64,000 nt of DNA from Bacteroidaceae bacterium (GCA_024398475.1 JAKSJB010000005.1:2182-66181); one strand, 5' to 3'. Shown: positions 19,774 to 30,634, numbered from the stretch's first letter. Notes: a model not told the origin generated them from the sequence alone. Numbers and translations: made by a program.

Positions 19774-20502
19774 TCACTCAACCATACTTATTCGTTCAAG
19801 TGTGGGGATGTCAAGAAAATAAATTATGCGGCGGTCAACGCGTATCAATCCTTCATCTACAAAATTGGAAAGAGTCCTGATAGCATTGGCTACTGTCATA
19901 TCTGACATTTTTGCCAAGTCTTCACGCTTCAATCCTACTGTCAGTTTTGGTACATCGTCCATCGTTCCCAACCTATTCAACAAATAGAGCAAGGTATCGG
20001 CAAGACGTCCACGCAGATGTTTCCTCAACATATTCAGATATCGGAATTCTGCACTACGCGAACATTTGGAGAGGTTCTCAAGTAAAAGTGCCGGCAACTT
20101 ACGGTTGTTCTCCATTGCTTCCATTACTACGGAATTGGGTATGCGGTACAGTACTACATTATCTATACAGGAAACTGTGGTTGAACGATTGTGGTTGGCT
20201 ATATAATCCCTATAGCCAAAGATATCTCCCTTGCGCAAAACGGTAAGCATGCGTTCCGAATTACTGTCACTCCCAAAAAGGACACCTACATATCCTTCTG
20301 CTATGACATACATGTACTGTGACAGATCACCATTTTGATAGACGTGTTCATTACGCTTGCATATATGAATTTCCATATTGGATATCAACCGTTGTCTATC
20401 TGAACCTGACAGGCAATTCAGGAGTCCTCCCATGACTTCATTCATATATGATTCTGTCATGAAAACACCATCAACTGCTATGTTTTTAGGCTTTCTGTCC
20501 AT
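19774..20502 (-). CDS. Crp/Fnr family transcriptional regulator
   Basis: It has a cNMP-binding-like beta-roll and a C-terminal HTH (REDLAKMSDMTVANAIRTLS). I chose the start at ATG 20502 because a TATCTTTG box on the minus strand (20522-20529) lies 20 nt upstream of it. Confidence 0.75.
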   Translation of the reverse strand: MDRKPKNIAVDGVFMTESYMNEVMGGLLNCLSGSDRQRLISNMEIHICKRNEHVYQNGDLSQYMYVIAEGYVGVLFGSDSNSERMLTVLRKGDIFGYRDYIANHNRSTTVSCIDNVVLYRIPNSVVMEAMENNRKLPALLLENLSKCSRSAEFRYLNMLRKHLRGRLADTLLYLLNRLGTMDDVPKLTVGLKREDLAKMSDMTVANAIRTLSNFVDEGLIRVDRRIIYFLDIPTLERISMVE

Positions 20503-20521
20503 TGTTTTTGTTTTGCAACTA

Positions 20522-20529
20522 CAAAGATA
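20522..20529 (-). promoter_or_regulatory. -7 box TATCTTTG for the Crp/Fnr gene
   Basis: This is an exact TAnnTTTG on the minus strand. It lies inside the longer track ORF, which argues for the shorter CDS. Confidence 0.5.
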
Positions 20530-20729
20530 TACCTTCACTTCGATATTTGCAAGGAAAAGTGTACAATTTTACGACTGAGAGTTATATTATATAGTCAAAT
20601 AAACATTTTTTTGCAAAAAAAGACCATTGGATATTTGCAACATCAAAGAAAAGTCGTAAATTTGGAGATGAATTTGATGTGATACGCATCAAATATACTA
20701 AAACCACTACAAATACCTAACATCACAAT

Positions 20730-22673
20730 ATGAGTTATATTAGATTTGAGAAAACACTTATGACCAATTTGCAGGAGGCTCTGCCAAAGGAAATCCTGCG
20801 AACCAATCGTTCCGGTGCATACTCGTCATCATCCATACTTGACAGCAACACCCGCAAGCATCATGGACTGCTTGTAGTGCCTGTGCCTCAGATTGACGGA
20901 GAGAATCATGTTTTGCTGTCTTCGCTCGACGAGACCGTGATACAGCATGGTGCTGAGTTCAACTTGGGACTACATAGGTATTCCGGAGGTACATACAGTC
21001 CTAACGGACACAAGTATGCCCGTGAGTTCTCATGGGAAAAGGTACCTACGACCATATACCGTGTAGGTGGCGTGATATTGAAGAAGGAGAAGGTGTTCCA
21101 GCACTTTCACAACAGGGTACTGATCAGATACACTCTTCTTGATGCACACTCCGTAACTACGCTGAGACTCCGTCCGTTCCTTGCATTCCGGCGTGCCGAC
21201 CAACTGACACACGAGAATTATGCGGCAAACCGCAATTACAACGAAGTGGACAACGGAATATGTACCTGTATGTATGAAGGCTACCCTACCCTTTACATGC
21301 AGGCAAGCAAGAAATCCGAATACGTGTTCACTCCGAACTGGTACAAGGGTATTGAATATCAGCACGACATGGAAATGGGGTATGCCTATAAGGAAGACCT
21401 GTACGTTCCCGGTTATTTCGAGTTTGATATCAAGAAGGGCGAAAGCATTATATTTGCTGCCGGACTTGAGGAGGTAGATACAAATTCACTTGCCAGCACA
21501 TTCGATGAGGAGGTTGAAGTACATAAGCCTCGTGAGAACTTTATCCAATGTCTGACCAATGCTGCCCACCAGTTCCACAACAAGCACGACGGAGAGCACT
21601 ATATCATAGCGGGGTATCCTTGGTTCAAGTCAAGAGCACGCGACACATTCCTTTCTCTTCCGGGTCTCACATTGGCTATCGGTGAGATTGACAGTTTCAG
21701 GAAAGCCATGAAGACTGCTGAAATTGCACTCAATGACCTGATGGAAGGCAGAATGATATCCGTAGATATTCAGGAGATGTATGATCCAGACATTCCACTC
21801 TGGGCAATATGGTGCATTCAGCAGTATGCACGTCTGTACAACCGTCAGGAAGCAATGGATACCTATGGCGACCTCGTAAACAGAATCATTCAGTTTATAA
21901 TGGACGGAAGGCACCCAAACCTTCACCTGCATGAAAACGGTCTGCTATATACCAATGGTACGGAAAAGCCTGTGACATGGATGAACTCAATGGTCAACGG
22001 TTTGCCGGCTGTTCCACGGACGGGATATATCGTAGAGATAAATGCCTTATGGTACAATGCCCTGAAATTCAATGCTCAGATATTGGAACACAAGGGTGAT
22101 GCAGAAACAGGCAAGCAATGTGACACATGGGCTGAACTGTCGGGAGAGTCATTCAAGGATACATTCCTGAACGAGTATGGATACCTGCTTGACTATGTTG
22201 ACGGCAACAACATATCCTGGGCTGTACGTCCAAACATGCTTATCGCAGCATCTCTTGAAAATACTCCGCTGACAATTGCTGAACGCAAGAAGATATTCGA
22301 CATCTGCACGAAGGAACTACGTACACAAAAGGGAATCAGGTCGCTTTCACCAAAGAGCGGTGGATACAACCCTATATACAGAGGAAACCAGCAACAGCGT
22401 GATGCGGCTTACCACCAGGGTACTGTATGGCCTTGGCTGCTTGGTTTCTATATTGAAACAAACCTGAAGATATACAAGCAAAGCGGATTGTCGTTTGCAG
22501 ACAGATGCCTTGTAGGACTGGAAGGAGAAATGTTCTATCACAGTTTGGGTACACTATCGGAACTCTACGACGGAAATCCTCCGTTCGAAGGTCGCGGTGC
22601 CTACTCGTTTGCAATGAATGTTGCCGCAATTCTGCGTGTAAACAAACTGATGAGCAAATACTATAACTATTAA
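20730..22673 (+). CDS. glycogen debranching enzyme (amylo-alpha-1,6-glucosidase family)
   Basis: The N-terminal GDE_N-like region is followed by a C-terminal (alpha/alpha)6 GDE_C-like region (YHQGTVWPWLLG). Confidence 0.8.
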   Translation: MSYIRFEKTLMTNLQEALPKEILRTNRSGAYSSSSILDSNTRKHHGLLVVPVPQIDGENHVLLSSLDETVIQHGAEFNLGLHRYSGGTYSPNGHKYAREFSWEKVPTTIYRVGGVILKKEKVFQHFHNRVLIRYTLLDAHSVTTLRLRPFLAFRRADQLTHENYAANRNYNEVDNGICTCMYEGYPTLYMQASKKSEYVFTPNWYKGIEYQHDMEMGYAYKEDLYVPGYFEFDIKKGESIIFAAGLEEVDTNSLASTFDEEVEVHKPRENFIQCLTNAAHQFHNKHDGEHYIIAGYPWFKSRARDTFLSLPGLTLAIGEIDSFRKAMKTAEIALNDLMEGRMISVDIQEMYDPDIPLWAIWCIQQYARLYNRQEAMDTYGDLVNRIIQFIMDGRHPNLHLHENGLLYTNGTEKPVTWMNSMVNGLPAVPRTGYIVEINALWYNALKFNAQILEHKGDAETGKQCDTWAELSGESFKDTFLNEYGYLLDYVDGNNISWAVRPNMLIAASLENTPLTIAERKKIFDICTKELRTQKGIRSLSPKSGGYNPIYRGNQQQRDAAYHQGTVWPWLLGFYIETNLKIYKQSGLSFADRCLVGLEGEMFYHSLGTLSELYDGNPPFEGRGAYSFAMNVAAILRVNKLMSKYYNY

Positions 22674-22693
22674 TATAAGGAGGAGAGAAAAAG

Positions 22694-23947
22694 ATGAAAG
22701 TATTAATGTTCGGTTGGGAGTTTCCTCCAAAAATATATGGCGGTCTGGCTGTTGCATCCTATGGTATAACCAAGGGACTGAGTCTGCAACCCGACATGGA
22801 GACTATATTCTGCATGCCGAAGCCTACCGGAGAGGAAGAAAAATTCCTACGGATTATCGGTATGAACCAAGTACCGATTGTATATCGCGGTCATGACTAT
22901 GACTACGTGAAAAACAACATCCCTGACTACATGACGCCAGAGGATTATTATCGCTATCGTGATCATATCTATGCAGACTTCTCATACATGCATGTCAACC
23001 ACATGGGCTGTATGGAATTTGCCGGAGGCTATCCAGGCAACCTGCACGAAGAAATAAACAACTTCTCCATCATTGCAGGAGTTGTGGCACGTAGTGAGCA
23101 GTTCGACATAATACATGCCCACGACTGGCTTACTTACCCTGCAGGAGTACATGCAAAACTCATAAGCGGAAAACCATTGTGCATCCATGTTCATGCTACT
23201 GACTTTGACCGTTCACGCGGTAAGGTCAATCCTACGGTCTATTCCATTGAGAAAAACGGTATGGACCATGCTGACTGCATCATGTGTGTGAGTGAACTCA
23301 CACGACAGACGGTAATAAGGGAATATCATCAGGACCCACACAAATGCTTTGCAATGCACAATGCCGTATATCCACTTTCCCAGGATCTGCTCGACATTCC
23401 ACGTCCGGATCATTCAAAGGAGAAGGTCGTTACATTCCTTGGGCGAATCACTATGCAGAAAGGTCCTGAATACTTCGTGGAAGCGGCAGACCTCGTTCTC
23501 AAGCGTACACAGAATATCAGATTCTGCATGGCGGGGTCAGGCGACATGCTCAATGCCATGATTGACCTCGTGGCATCAAAGGGTATTGCAGACCGATTCC
23601 ATTTCCCTGGATTCCAGCGAGGCAGAGAGGTATATGAATGCTACAAGAACTCAGATGTGTTCGTAATGCCGTCGGTAAGTGAGCCGTTCGGTATCGCCCC
23701 ACTCGAGGCTATGCAATGTGGAACTCCGTCCATCATCAGTAAACAGTCAGGATGCGGAGAAATACTTGAAAAGGTTATTAAGGTTGACTACTGGGATATA
23801 TATGCAATGGCTGACGCCATCTATTCAATCTGTACAAATCCATCACTTTTCAATTATCTTCAGGAAGAAGGTATAAAGGAAGTGAACGAAATAACATGGG
23901 AGAAGGTAGGTCAGCGTATCCGCAGCCTTTACAACAGGCTTGTATAA
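22694..23947 (+). CDS. GT4 glycosyltransferase (glycogen synthase-like)
   Basis: It has MKVLMFGWEFPP...GGL at the N-terminus and the E-x7-E region (PSVSEPFGIAPLEAM). Confidence 0.85.
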   Translation: MKVLMFGWEFPPKIYGGLAVASYGITKGLSLQPDMETIFCMPKPTGEEEKFLRIIGMNQVPIVYRGHDYDYVKNNIPDYMTPEDYYRYRDHIYADFSYMHVNHMGCMEFAGGYPGNLHEEINNFSIIAGVVARSEQFDIIHAHDWLTYPAGVHAKLISGKPLCIHVHATDFDRSRGKVNPTVYSIEKNGMDHADCIMCVSELTRQTVIREYHQDPHKCFAMHNAVYPLSQDLLDIPRPDHSKEKVVTFLGRITMQKGPEYFVEAADLVLKRTQNIRFCMAGSGDMLNAMIDLVASKGIADRFHFPGFQRGREVYECYKNSDVFVMPSVSEPFGIAPLEAMQCGTPSIISKQSGCGEILEKVIKVDYWDIYAMADAIYSICTNPSLFNYLQEEGIKEVNEITWEKVGQRIRSLYNRLV

Positions 23948-24011
23948 CAGCAATGCACACTTAACCAACAGAGAATAAACAGTAACATCATAAATCAAGA
24001 TATATAAATCT

Positions 24012-25514
24012 ATGGCAAAGACAATATGCTTATACTTTGAGATACATCAGATCTGTCACCTCAAGCGCTATCGTTTCTTCGATATCGGACGTGACCATTA
24101 TTACTATGATGATTTTGAAAACGAAAGAAGTATCAACGAGATAGCAGAACAGAGTTATGTTCCTGCATTGCAGACACTCATCGAGATGGCACGCGAGAAC
24201 GGTAAGTTCTTCAAGGTGGCATTATCAATTTCGGGTGTCGGTTTTGAACAACTCGAGACACATGCACCTCAGGTAATTGACCTTCTCATTGAACTCAACA
24301 AGACGGGTTGTGTGGAATTCCTATGCGAGCCATACAGTCATGGTCTGGCTTCACTCGGAAACGAGGAGAGTTTCCGTGAAGAGTGCATGCGCATGAATGA
24401 AAAGATAAAGGAAGTATTCGGACAGACTCCAAAGGTATTCAGAAACTCAAGTCTCATCTATTCCGACGAGATAGGTGCACAGGTTGCGGCTATGGGATTC
24501 AAGGGTATGCTCACGGAAGGTGCAAAACACATCCTGGGCTGGAAATCCCCACATTTCATATACAACTGCGCACTCAGTCCATCCCTGAAGATTCTGCTTC
24601 GTGACTACAAGTTCAGCGATGACCTCAGCCTTCGCTTCAACAACTCAGACTGGAGCGAATATCCACTCTTTGCAGAAACATACATCGACTGGATTTCACA
24701 ATTGCCTGAAGAAGACAACGTAATCAACATATTCATGGAACTGTGTGCATTTGGTATGTACCAGCCTCTGTCAAGTCACATACTCGACTTCCTGCGTGCC
24801 TTACCTGCCTGCGCAAAGTCACGCGGCATCACATTCTCCACTCCATACGAACTATGTTCAAAGGGTAAATCTGTAGGAAACATAAATGTTCCGTACCCTA
24901 TCAGTTGGGTTGACGAAGAACGCGACACAAGTTGCTGGCTCGGAAATCAAATGCAGCGCGAGGCGTTTGACAAACTTTACAGCGTAGCCGACAGAGTCCG
25001 TATATGCAACGACAGAATGATCAAGCAGGACTGGGATTACCTTCAGGCATCAAACAACTTCCGTTTCATGACTACAAAGAATGCCAACGTAGGTATGAGC
25101 AGGGGTATATACGACGGTCCGTATGATGCATTCACCAATTACATGAATATTCTCGGCGACTTCATCAACCGTGTAAACTCACTCTATCCTGTTGACATGG
25201 ACAACGAGGAACTCAACTCATTACTTACCATCATCAAGAATCAAGGTGAGGAAATCGAAGCCAAGGACAGAAAGATTGGAAAACTCCAAAAGGAATTGGA
25301 GAAATATCAGCCAAGCGTCAAGGAAGAATTAGTTGCTGACACAAAACCGGGAACTGCAGCCGAGAAGAAGGCAAAAGCAAGGAAAACAACTGCAGCAACG
25401 AAAACAGAAGCAGAAAAGAAAGTTGCCAAGCCTCAGAAACAGTCAGCAGCAAAAGCCAAAGCAACAGAAAAGAAGACCAAGACAGCAGGAAAATTAAGGA
25501 AAGAATCAAAGTAA
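24012..25514 (+). CDS. GH57 family alpha-glucan enzyme with Lys/Ala-rich tail
   Basis: The GH57-like N-terminal pattern (YFEIHQ...R) is present and the gene sits in the glycogen cluster. The last ~65 aa are K/A/T/E low complexity. Confidence 0.75.
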   Translation: MAKTICLYFEIHQICHLKRYRFFDIGRDHYYYDDFENERSINEIAEQSYVPALQTLIEMARENGKFFKVALSISGVGFEQLETHAPQVIDLLIELNKTGCVEFLCEPYSHGLASLGNEESFREECMRMNEKIKEVFGQTPKVFRNSSLIYSDEIGAQVAAMGFKGMLTEGAKHILGWKSPHFIYNCALSPSLKILLRDYKFSDDLSLRFNNSDWSEYPLFAETYIDWISQLPEEDNVINIFMELCAFGMYQPLSSHILDFLRALPACAKSRGITFSTPYELCSKGKSVGNINVPYPISWVDEERDTSCWLGNQMQREAFDKLYSVADRVRICNDRMIKQDWDYLQASNNFRFMTTKNANVGMSRGIYDGPYDAFTNYMNILGDFINRVNSLYPVDMDNEELNSLLTIIKNQGEEIEAKDRKIGKLQKELEKYQPSVKEELVADTKPGTAAEKKAKARKTTAATKTEAEKKVAKPQKQSAAKAKATEKKTKTAGKLRKESK

Positions 25515-25532
25515 ACAGCAAAATACGACTTT

Positions 25533-25569
25533 AGGATCCAGCCCATAAGGTTACTGGATCCTTTTGTTT
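25533..25569 (+). terminator. intrinsic terminator after GH57 gene
   Basis: AGGATCCAG (25533-25541) pairs with CTGGATCCT (25554-25562) and is followed by TTTGTTT. Confidence 0.7.
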
Positions 25570-25615
25570 CCCTGCAAGTACAATAAATTCCCGACACAAT
25601 CAATGTATTGACGTA

Positions 25616-26452
25616 ATGACATTCACACTACTCATAGACAATATGCCGTCACAATCATGCGACCTACATTCGGAACATGGATTATCCCTGTTCTGCAAGT
25701 GGCATGATAGGAACATACTTGTTGACACCGGTCTTACCGGAAAGGCAATGGACAATGCGAAAATACTCGGTATAGACATTTCCGATATTGACATACTTAT
25801 TCTTTCACATGGCCATAATGACCATACAGGAGGTTTGGAACGTTTTCTGCAAATCAACGGTAAAGCGAAAATATATGCTTCATCGCATATCAGACAATAT
25901 AAATATGAATCAAACCGACATGGTGTCCCACATGACATTTCCCCTGATATAAATACCGTCAATAAAAACCTGACTCGTTTCTGTTTTATTGATACAGACA
26001 CAAATATTTCAGACGGAATATGGATATTCCATCCGAAAAACGATGAATATCAACGTCCTGCAGGAAACAAATATCTATCTGTAGATTACGAAACGAAACA
26101 TAAGGAATATATTGCAGACGATGAAATTGCCATAGCAATTAAGGAAAAGGACAATATCATCATTATATCTCCATGTTCGCACTCCGGACTGCTGAACACG
26201 GTCCATTCAGCCCTAATGGTTACGGGACAACCCGCAAACCACGTAAAAGCATACATTGGTGGACTGCATCTGCTTGATGAGGAATTTGAAAACGACCAGG
26301 TAGAAATGATTGCACAAACATTCATGAAGCACTACCCCAATGCCAATCTATATTCAAGCCACTGTACAGGAGAAAAAGCATGCAGATGTCTGTCATCCGT
26401 ACTGAATGACAGATTTACAAAATTCCATACAGGATATTCATTCATAATATAA
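25616..26452 (+). CDS. MBL-fold metallo-hydrolase
   Basis: The HxHxDH motif is present (LSHGHNDHTGG). Confidence 0.75.
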   Translation: MTFTLLIDNMPSQSCDLHSEHGLSLFCKWHDRNILVDTGLTGKAMDNAKILGIDISDIDILILSHGHNDHTGGLERFLQINGKAKIYASSHIRQYKYESNRHGVPHDISPDINTVNKNLTRFCFIDTDTNISDGIWIFHPKNDEYQRPAGNKYLSVDYETKHKEYIADDEIAIAIKEKDNIIIISPCSHSGLLNTVHSALMVTGQPANHVKAYIGGLHLLDEEFENDQVEMIAQTFMKHYPNANLYSSHCTGEKACRCLSSVLNDRFTKFHTGYSFII

Positions 26453-26460
26453 ACCATATA

Positions 26461-26715
26461 CAAGTTTCGCTGGGCTTCACTTTAAGTAGAAAAGTAGTCA
26501 GGAGACAGGAGTAAGTAGGGCGAAGATTGAGTATCTTCGCTTGCGACGGCTGAAGATTTATCTTCACAAAGGAGTGCCGAAGGCTTAGAGAAAGCTAACG
26601 GCTAACGGCTAATGGCATTACAATACTTAACTCCCTTTAACTCCAAAACTACAGAACTACTGAACTACTGAACTACTGAAACTGAGCAAGTCAGGAACTT
26701 GCGAAAGTTGAATAA
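26461..26715 (+). repeat. hairpin-rich leader repeat element, copy 2
   Basis: It is colinear with 14661-14967 and ends at GAAAGTTGAATAA, 35 nt upstream of the next start codon. Confidence 0.85.
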
Positions 26716-26750
26716 ACCATACCATTTTCACAATATTCAATAAAACAATC

Positions 26751-27617
26751 ATGAAACTGACAGCAATAGCAGACATCATGTCAAGGCGCAAGACACGCAG
26801 CATATTGGCATGCCTACTTATCTCCGTAAATATGCCGATAACGGCACAGACAGTAATAAATCTACCATTTACCGGAGAACGTGAGACAGACAATGAACCA
26901 AGTATGACCGTATATCTTCCAAAGAAAGAAAACGCAAACGGATGTGCAGTAATACTTTGTCCGGGCGGAGGTCTACGTGTGCTGTCATGGCACGACGATG
27001 TTGAAAGAATGGCTGAAATGCTCAATGAAAGAGGTATTGCAGCCATAGGATTAAAATACACACTTGACAGAAGTACCCATGCCGGCGGAGGAAGTATGCC
27101 AAAGATGGTCGATGTTACAAAATTCGACAAGTTCAAGTTGGCAAATGCCAATCCTATGCCATCAGAGGAAAGTACGGCAATATGTCTGCGTGCCGCTGAC
27201 GATGCAAGAAATGCCATCAGAATCGTAAGAGAGCATGCCGATGAATGGAATATTAAGCCCAACAAGGTAGGATATCTTGGATTCTCAGCCGGAGGAGGTG
27301 TTGCCATTGCAGCAACGGTTACAGCCAAAGAAGGAGAAATGCCCGATTTTCTTGCATCCGCTTTCGGACCGTCACTCATTGACGTAACAGTTCCTGAACA
27401 GGCACCGCCGCTATTGATTATGACACGGGTGGAACACCCCAACGTAGCAGCAGGATGCCTGCAACTGTTCCTTGAATGGAAAAAGGCGGGAAAAAATGCA
27501 GAAATGCATTTCTACGGTGACGGTCAGGGACCGTTCACATTAATGGAACATACAGGAAAAACCACGACAGAAAACTGGAGTGACGAGTTTCTATCGTGGT
27601 TAAAGAGTAGGTTTTAA
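26751..27617 (+). CDS. secreted alpha/beta-hydrolase (esterase/lipase-like)
   Basis: It has a signal peptide, a GGG oxyanion region (LCPGGGL) and a GFSAGG nucleophile elbow. Confidence 0.7.
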   Translation: MKLTAIADIMSRRKTRSILACLLISVNMPITAQTVINLPFTGERETDNEPSMTVYLPKKENANGCAVILCPGGGLRVLSWHDDVERMAEMLNERGIAAIGLKYTLDRSTHAGGGSMPKMVDVTKFDKFKLANANPMPSEESTAICLRAADDARNAIRIVREHADEWNIKPNKVGYLGFSAGGGVAIAATVTAKEGEMPDFLASAFGPSLIDVTVPEQAPPLLIMTRVEHPNVAAGCLQLFLEWKKAGKNAEMHFYGDGQGPFTLMEHTGKTTTENWSDEFLSWLKSRF

Positions 27618-27737
27618 AGTCAACGAGTCTACAAGTCTACGAGTCTACAAGTCTACGAGTTTTCAATGATTCGAGTTTTCGAGTGACCGTCCGGACGGCT
27701 TTGCTTGTTGACTCGTTGACTTGTAGACTTGTTGACT
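27618..27737. repeat. imperfect 34-nt inverted repeat built from 8-nt words, between convergent genes
   Basis: By hand, 27618-27651 (AGTCAACGAGTCTACAAGTCTACGAGTCTACAAG) matches the reverse complement of 27704-27737 at 31 of 34 positions. A central CCGTCCGGACGG palindrome lies between the arms. Confidence 0.8.
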
Positions 27738-27778
27738 CTAAAACAGCCAATGGCAATAAATTACGTTCCCCTCTTAAA

Positions 27779-28816
27779 TTAAATAAGTGGCATTCCGTAG
27801 TCGGCACATTCCTTTCGCATGGAATCAGGCCAAATGCTTGCCTGAATTTCACCGATGTGTGCCTTGTGGAGAAGAATCATGCAAAGACGACTCTGACCGA
27901 TACCTCCACCTATACTGAGAGGCAATTCCTCATTGATAAGTTTCCTATGGAAGAACAGTTCCTTACGTTCATTCTTTCCGGTAAGTTCCAACTGACGCAG
28001 CAACGCCTCCTTATCAACACGAATACCCATACTGCTCAACTCTACCGCCCTATCCAATACAGGATACCATATCATGATATCACCGTTAAGTCCGTAGAAA
28101 CCATCAGTATTAGGAGTTGTCCAGTCATCATAGTCAGGAGCACGGAGATCGTGAGGTTCGCCATTACTCAACTTACCACCGATACCCATAATGAATACAG
28201 CACCATAAGTACGGCAAATCTCATCTTCACGTTCCTTTGGAGAAAGGTTTGGATATAACTTCATCAGTTCCTCTGCATGGATAAAATGAATCTTTTCCGG
28301 AAGGAATGCCTCAATCTGAGGGAAATGTTCGCATACAAGATACTCAGTACGACGCATTGCGCTGTAGATATCACGGACCACATCCTTCAGGAATTCAATA
28401 TTTCTGTCCGCAACATTTATTGTACGCTCCCAGTCCCACTGGTCAACATACAATGAATGAAGGTTATCCAATTCCTCATCACCGCGGACAGCGTTCATAT
28501 CAGTATAAAGACCATATCCAGGCTTTATATCATATTCGCCGAGCATCATTCGTTTCCATTTAGCCAGCGAATGAACAACTTCAGCCATCTGGTCGTTCAT
28601 ATCCTTAATAGGAAAAGACACAGGACGTTCCACACCGTTAAGGTCATCATTAAGTCCAAGTCCTTTCAGCACAAACAACGGAGCAGTCACACGTCTCAAT
28701 CTGAGAGCCGTGGAAAGATTTGACTGGAAGAAATCCTTTATGAGTTTGATACCCTGTTCGGTTTCAAGTGGAGTAATCTGCTGTCTATACCCCTGAGGCT
28801 TTATTAGTTTGCTCAT
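27779..28816 (-). CDS. asnA: aspartate--ammonia ligase
   Basis: It shows AsnA-type similarity throughout (ETEQGIKLIKDFF, VHSLAKWKR, DQWDWE). I chose the start at ATG 28816, 27 nt downstream of a minus-strand TAACTTTG box (28843-28850). Confidence 0.9.
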   Translation of the reverse strand: MSKLIKPQGYRQQITPLETEQGIKLIKDFFQSNLSTALRLRRVTAPLFVLKGLGLNDDLNGVERPVSFPIKDMNDQMAEVVHSLAKWKRMMLGEYDIKPGYGLYTDMNAVRGDEELDNLHSLYVDQWDWERTINVADRNIEFLKDVVRDIYSAMRRTEYLVCEHFPQIEAFLPEKIHFIHAEELMKLYPNLSPKEREDEICRTYGAVFIMGIGGKLSNGEPHDLRAPDYDDWTTPNTDGFYGLNGDIMIWYPVLDRAVELSSMGIRVDKEALLRQLELTGKNERKELFFHRKLINEELPLSIGGGIGQSRLCMILLHKAHIGEIQASIWPDSMRKECADYGMPLI

Positions 28817-28945
28817 ATCGTGTCGTATTTTGAATTTGGCGACAAAGTTACAAAAAATAACGATAATGAATGCCAATACAATTACTTTTTAGTCAGCAAC
28901 ACCATATTTTTAGGACATTACACCACACTCTTCATATTTTTTTCA

Positions 28946-28953
28946 TATCTTTG
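28946..28953 (+). promoter_or_regulatory. -7 box TATCTTTG upstream of the DUF853 ATPase gene
   Basis: This is an exact TAnnTTTG, 81 nt upstream of ATG 29034. Confidence 0.4.
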
Positions 28954-29033
28954 CAAAAACTATGGATATACCCATAATAACTCTACGGCAAAAGTTCATG
29001 GTACAAGACAGAAACAACTAATTACAGTTATAT

Positions 29034-30614
29034 ATGTTCAAAGACAATTCTTTATATGTTGCTCACGGTTCCAACGGACCTATCTCCATTCAAGGCAAGA
29101 TGGCAAACCGTCATGGCTTGATTGCCGGTGCAACAGGAACGGGAAAGACCGTAACACTTCAGGTGTTGGCAGAAACATTCAGTCAGGCAGGCGTACCTTG
29201 TTTCATGGCAGACATGAAAGGAGACCTTTCAGGCATCAGCCAGACCGGAAGCATGAGTGAATTTATAGAGAAACGCTGCAAGGAATTCGGCATAGAATCA
29301 CCACAATTCGGCAGTTGTCCAGTTACGTTCTATGACGTATTCGGAGAACAGGGACATCCTATGCGTACAACCATATCAAACATGGGACCCGAACTGCTTG
29401 CACGTCTTATGAACCTCAACGAGACACAGGCAGGAGTCCTCAACATAGTATTCAAGGTTGCCGACGAACGCGGTCTTCTGCTCATCGACCTCAAGGACCT
29501 GCGTTCAATGCTCAACTACGTATCCGAACACGCCAAGGAATACACCAACACATACGGCAACGTTGCAGCACCTACAGTCGGAGCCATTCAGCGGGCACTG
29601 CTTTCGCTCGAAAGTCAGGGAGCAGAAAAATTCTTTGCAGAACCCTCGTTCGACATAATGGACCTCTTGAGATGTACTCCCGACGGAAAAGGTATGATGA
29701 ATGTATTGGCAGCCGACAAACTGATGCTCAATCCAAAACTCTATTCGTCATTCCTCCTATGGCTGCTCAGCGACCTATACGTACAGTTGCCGGAAGTAGG
29801 CGATTTGGATCTGCCGAAATTGGTATTCTTCTTCGACGAGGCACACACCCTGTTCGATGACACGCCAAAAGCATTGGTCGACAAGATAGAACAGGTTGTA
29901 AGACTCATACGAAGTAAGGGAGTCGGTGTATATTTCGTGACACAGAACCCAAGCGACATTCCTGATTCCGTACTTGCACAACTCGGAAACCGCATACAGC
30001 ACGCACTCCGTGCATTCACACCCAAGGAGCAAAAGAACGTCAAGGCAGCAGCAGAAACGTTCCGTGCCAATCCAGACTTCAGGACAGAAGATGCAATAAT
30101 GGAATTGGCTACAGGTGAGGCACTCGTTTCATTCCTCGATGCCAAAGGCACACCGCAGATGGTAGAAAGAGCCAAGATACTCTTCCCACTCAGTCAGATA
30201 GGAGCCATCAACGAAACCCAACGCGACCAGATAATAAAATCCTCACGCATCTACGGAAGATACGACAAGATAGTTGACCGTGAGAGTGCGTTTGAAGTAC
30301 TGTTGGCTGAATCAGAAGCCGCAGCACAGGTAGAAGCCGATGCGAAGGCAGCAAGGGAAGAAGCAAAGGCTCAGGCACAGGCAGAGAAGGAAGCAAGGAA
30401 AAGCGGCAACAAAAAGAGCATATTAGGAAAGATACTCAGCGCCGTAATAGCAGCATTGGCATCACTCATAGGTACCAGGGTAGCAAACTCCGTGAAAGGA
30501 ACCAAATCCAAGGAATCATTAGGCAAGGCAGCAGCAGGACGGGCAGTAAGTACCGCAACCAGAACAGCAACACGAGAACTCACCCGCAGCATCCTTGGCA
30601 ACCTTGTAAAATAA
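29034..30614 (+). CDS. HerA-like/DUF853 (YjgR-type) P-loop ATPase
   Basis: It has Walker A ([10 protein letters not shown]) and Walker B (VFFFDEAH). A C-terminal Ala/Glu/Lys tail precedes a hydrophobic helix. Confidence 0.8.
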   Translation: MFKDNSLYVAHGSNGPISIQGKMANRHGLIAGATGTGKTVTLQVLAETFSQAGVPCFMADMKGDLSGISQTGSMSEFIEKRCKEFGIESPQFGSCPVTFYDVFGEQGHPMRTTISNMGPELLARLMNLNETQAGVLNIVFKVADERGLLLIDLKDLRSMLNYVSEHAKEYTNTYGNVAAPTVGAIQRALLSLESQGAEKFFAEPSFDIMDLLRCTPDGKGMMNVLAADKLMLNPKLYSSFLLWLLSDLYVQLPEVGDLDLPKLVFFFDEAHTLFDDTPKALVDKIEQVVRLIRSKGVGVYFVTQNPSDIPDSVLAQLGNRIQHALRAFTPKEQKNVKAAAETFRANPDFRTEDAIMELATGEALVSFLDAKGTPQMVERAKILFPLSQIGAINETQRDQIIKSSRIYGRYDKIVDRESAFEVLLAESEAAAQVEADAKAAREEAKAQAQAEKEARKSGNKKSILGKILSAVIAALASLIGTRVANSVKGTKSKESLGKAAAGRAVSTATRTATRELTRSILGNLVK

Positions 30615-30634
30615 GGAGAGGCTTCCCCAAAAAA

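Noticed and set aside
26657-27442. 261-aa minus-strand ORF.
   Set aside because: It is antisense to the alpha/beta-hydrolase gene, which has GGG and GxSxG motifs. Its Ser/Ala-rich sequence has no features.
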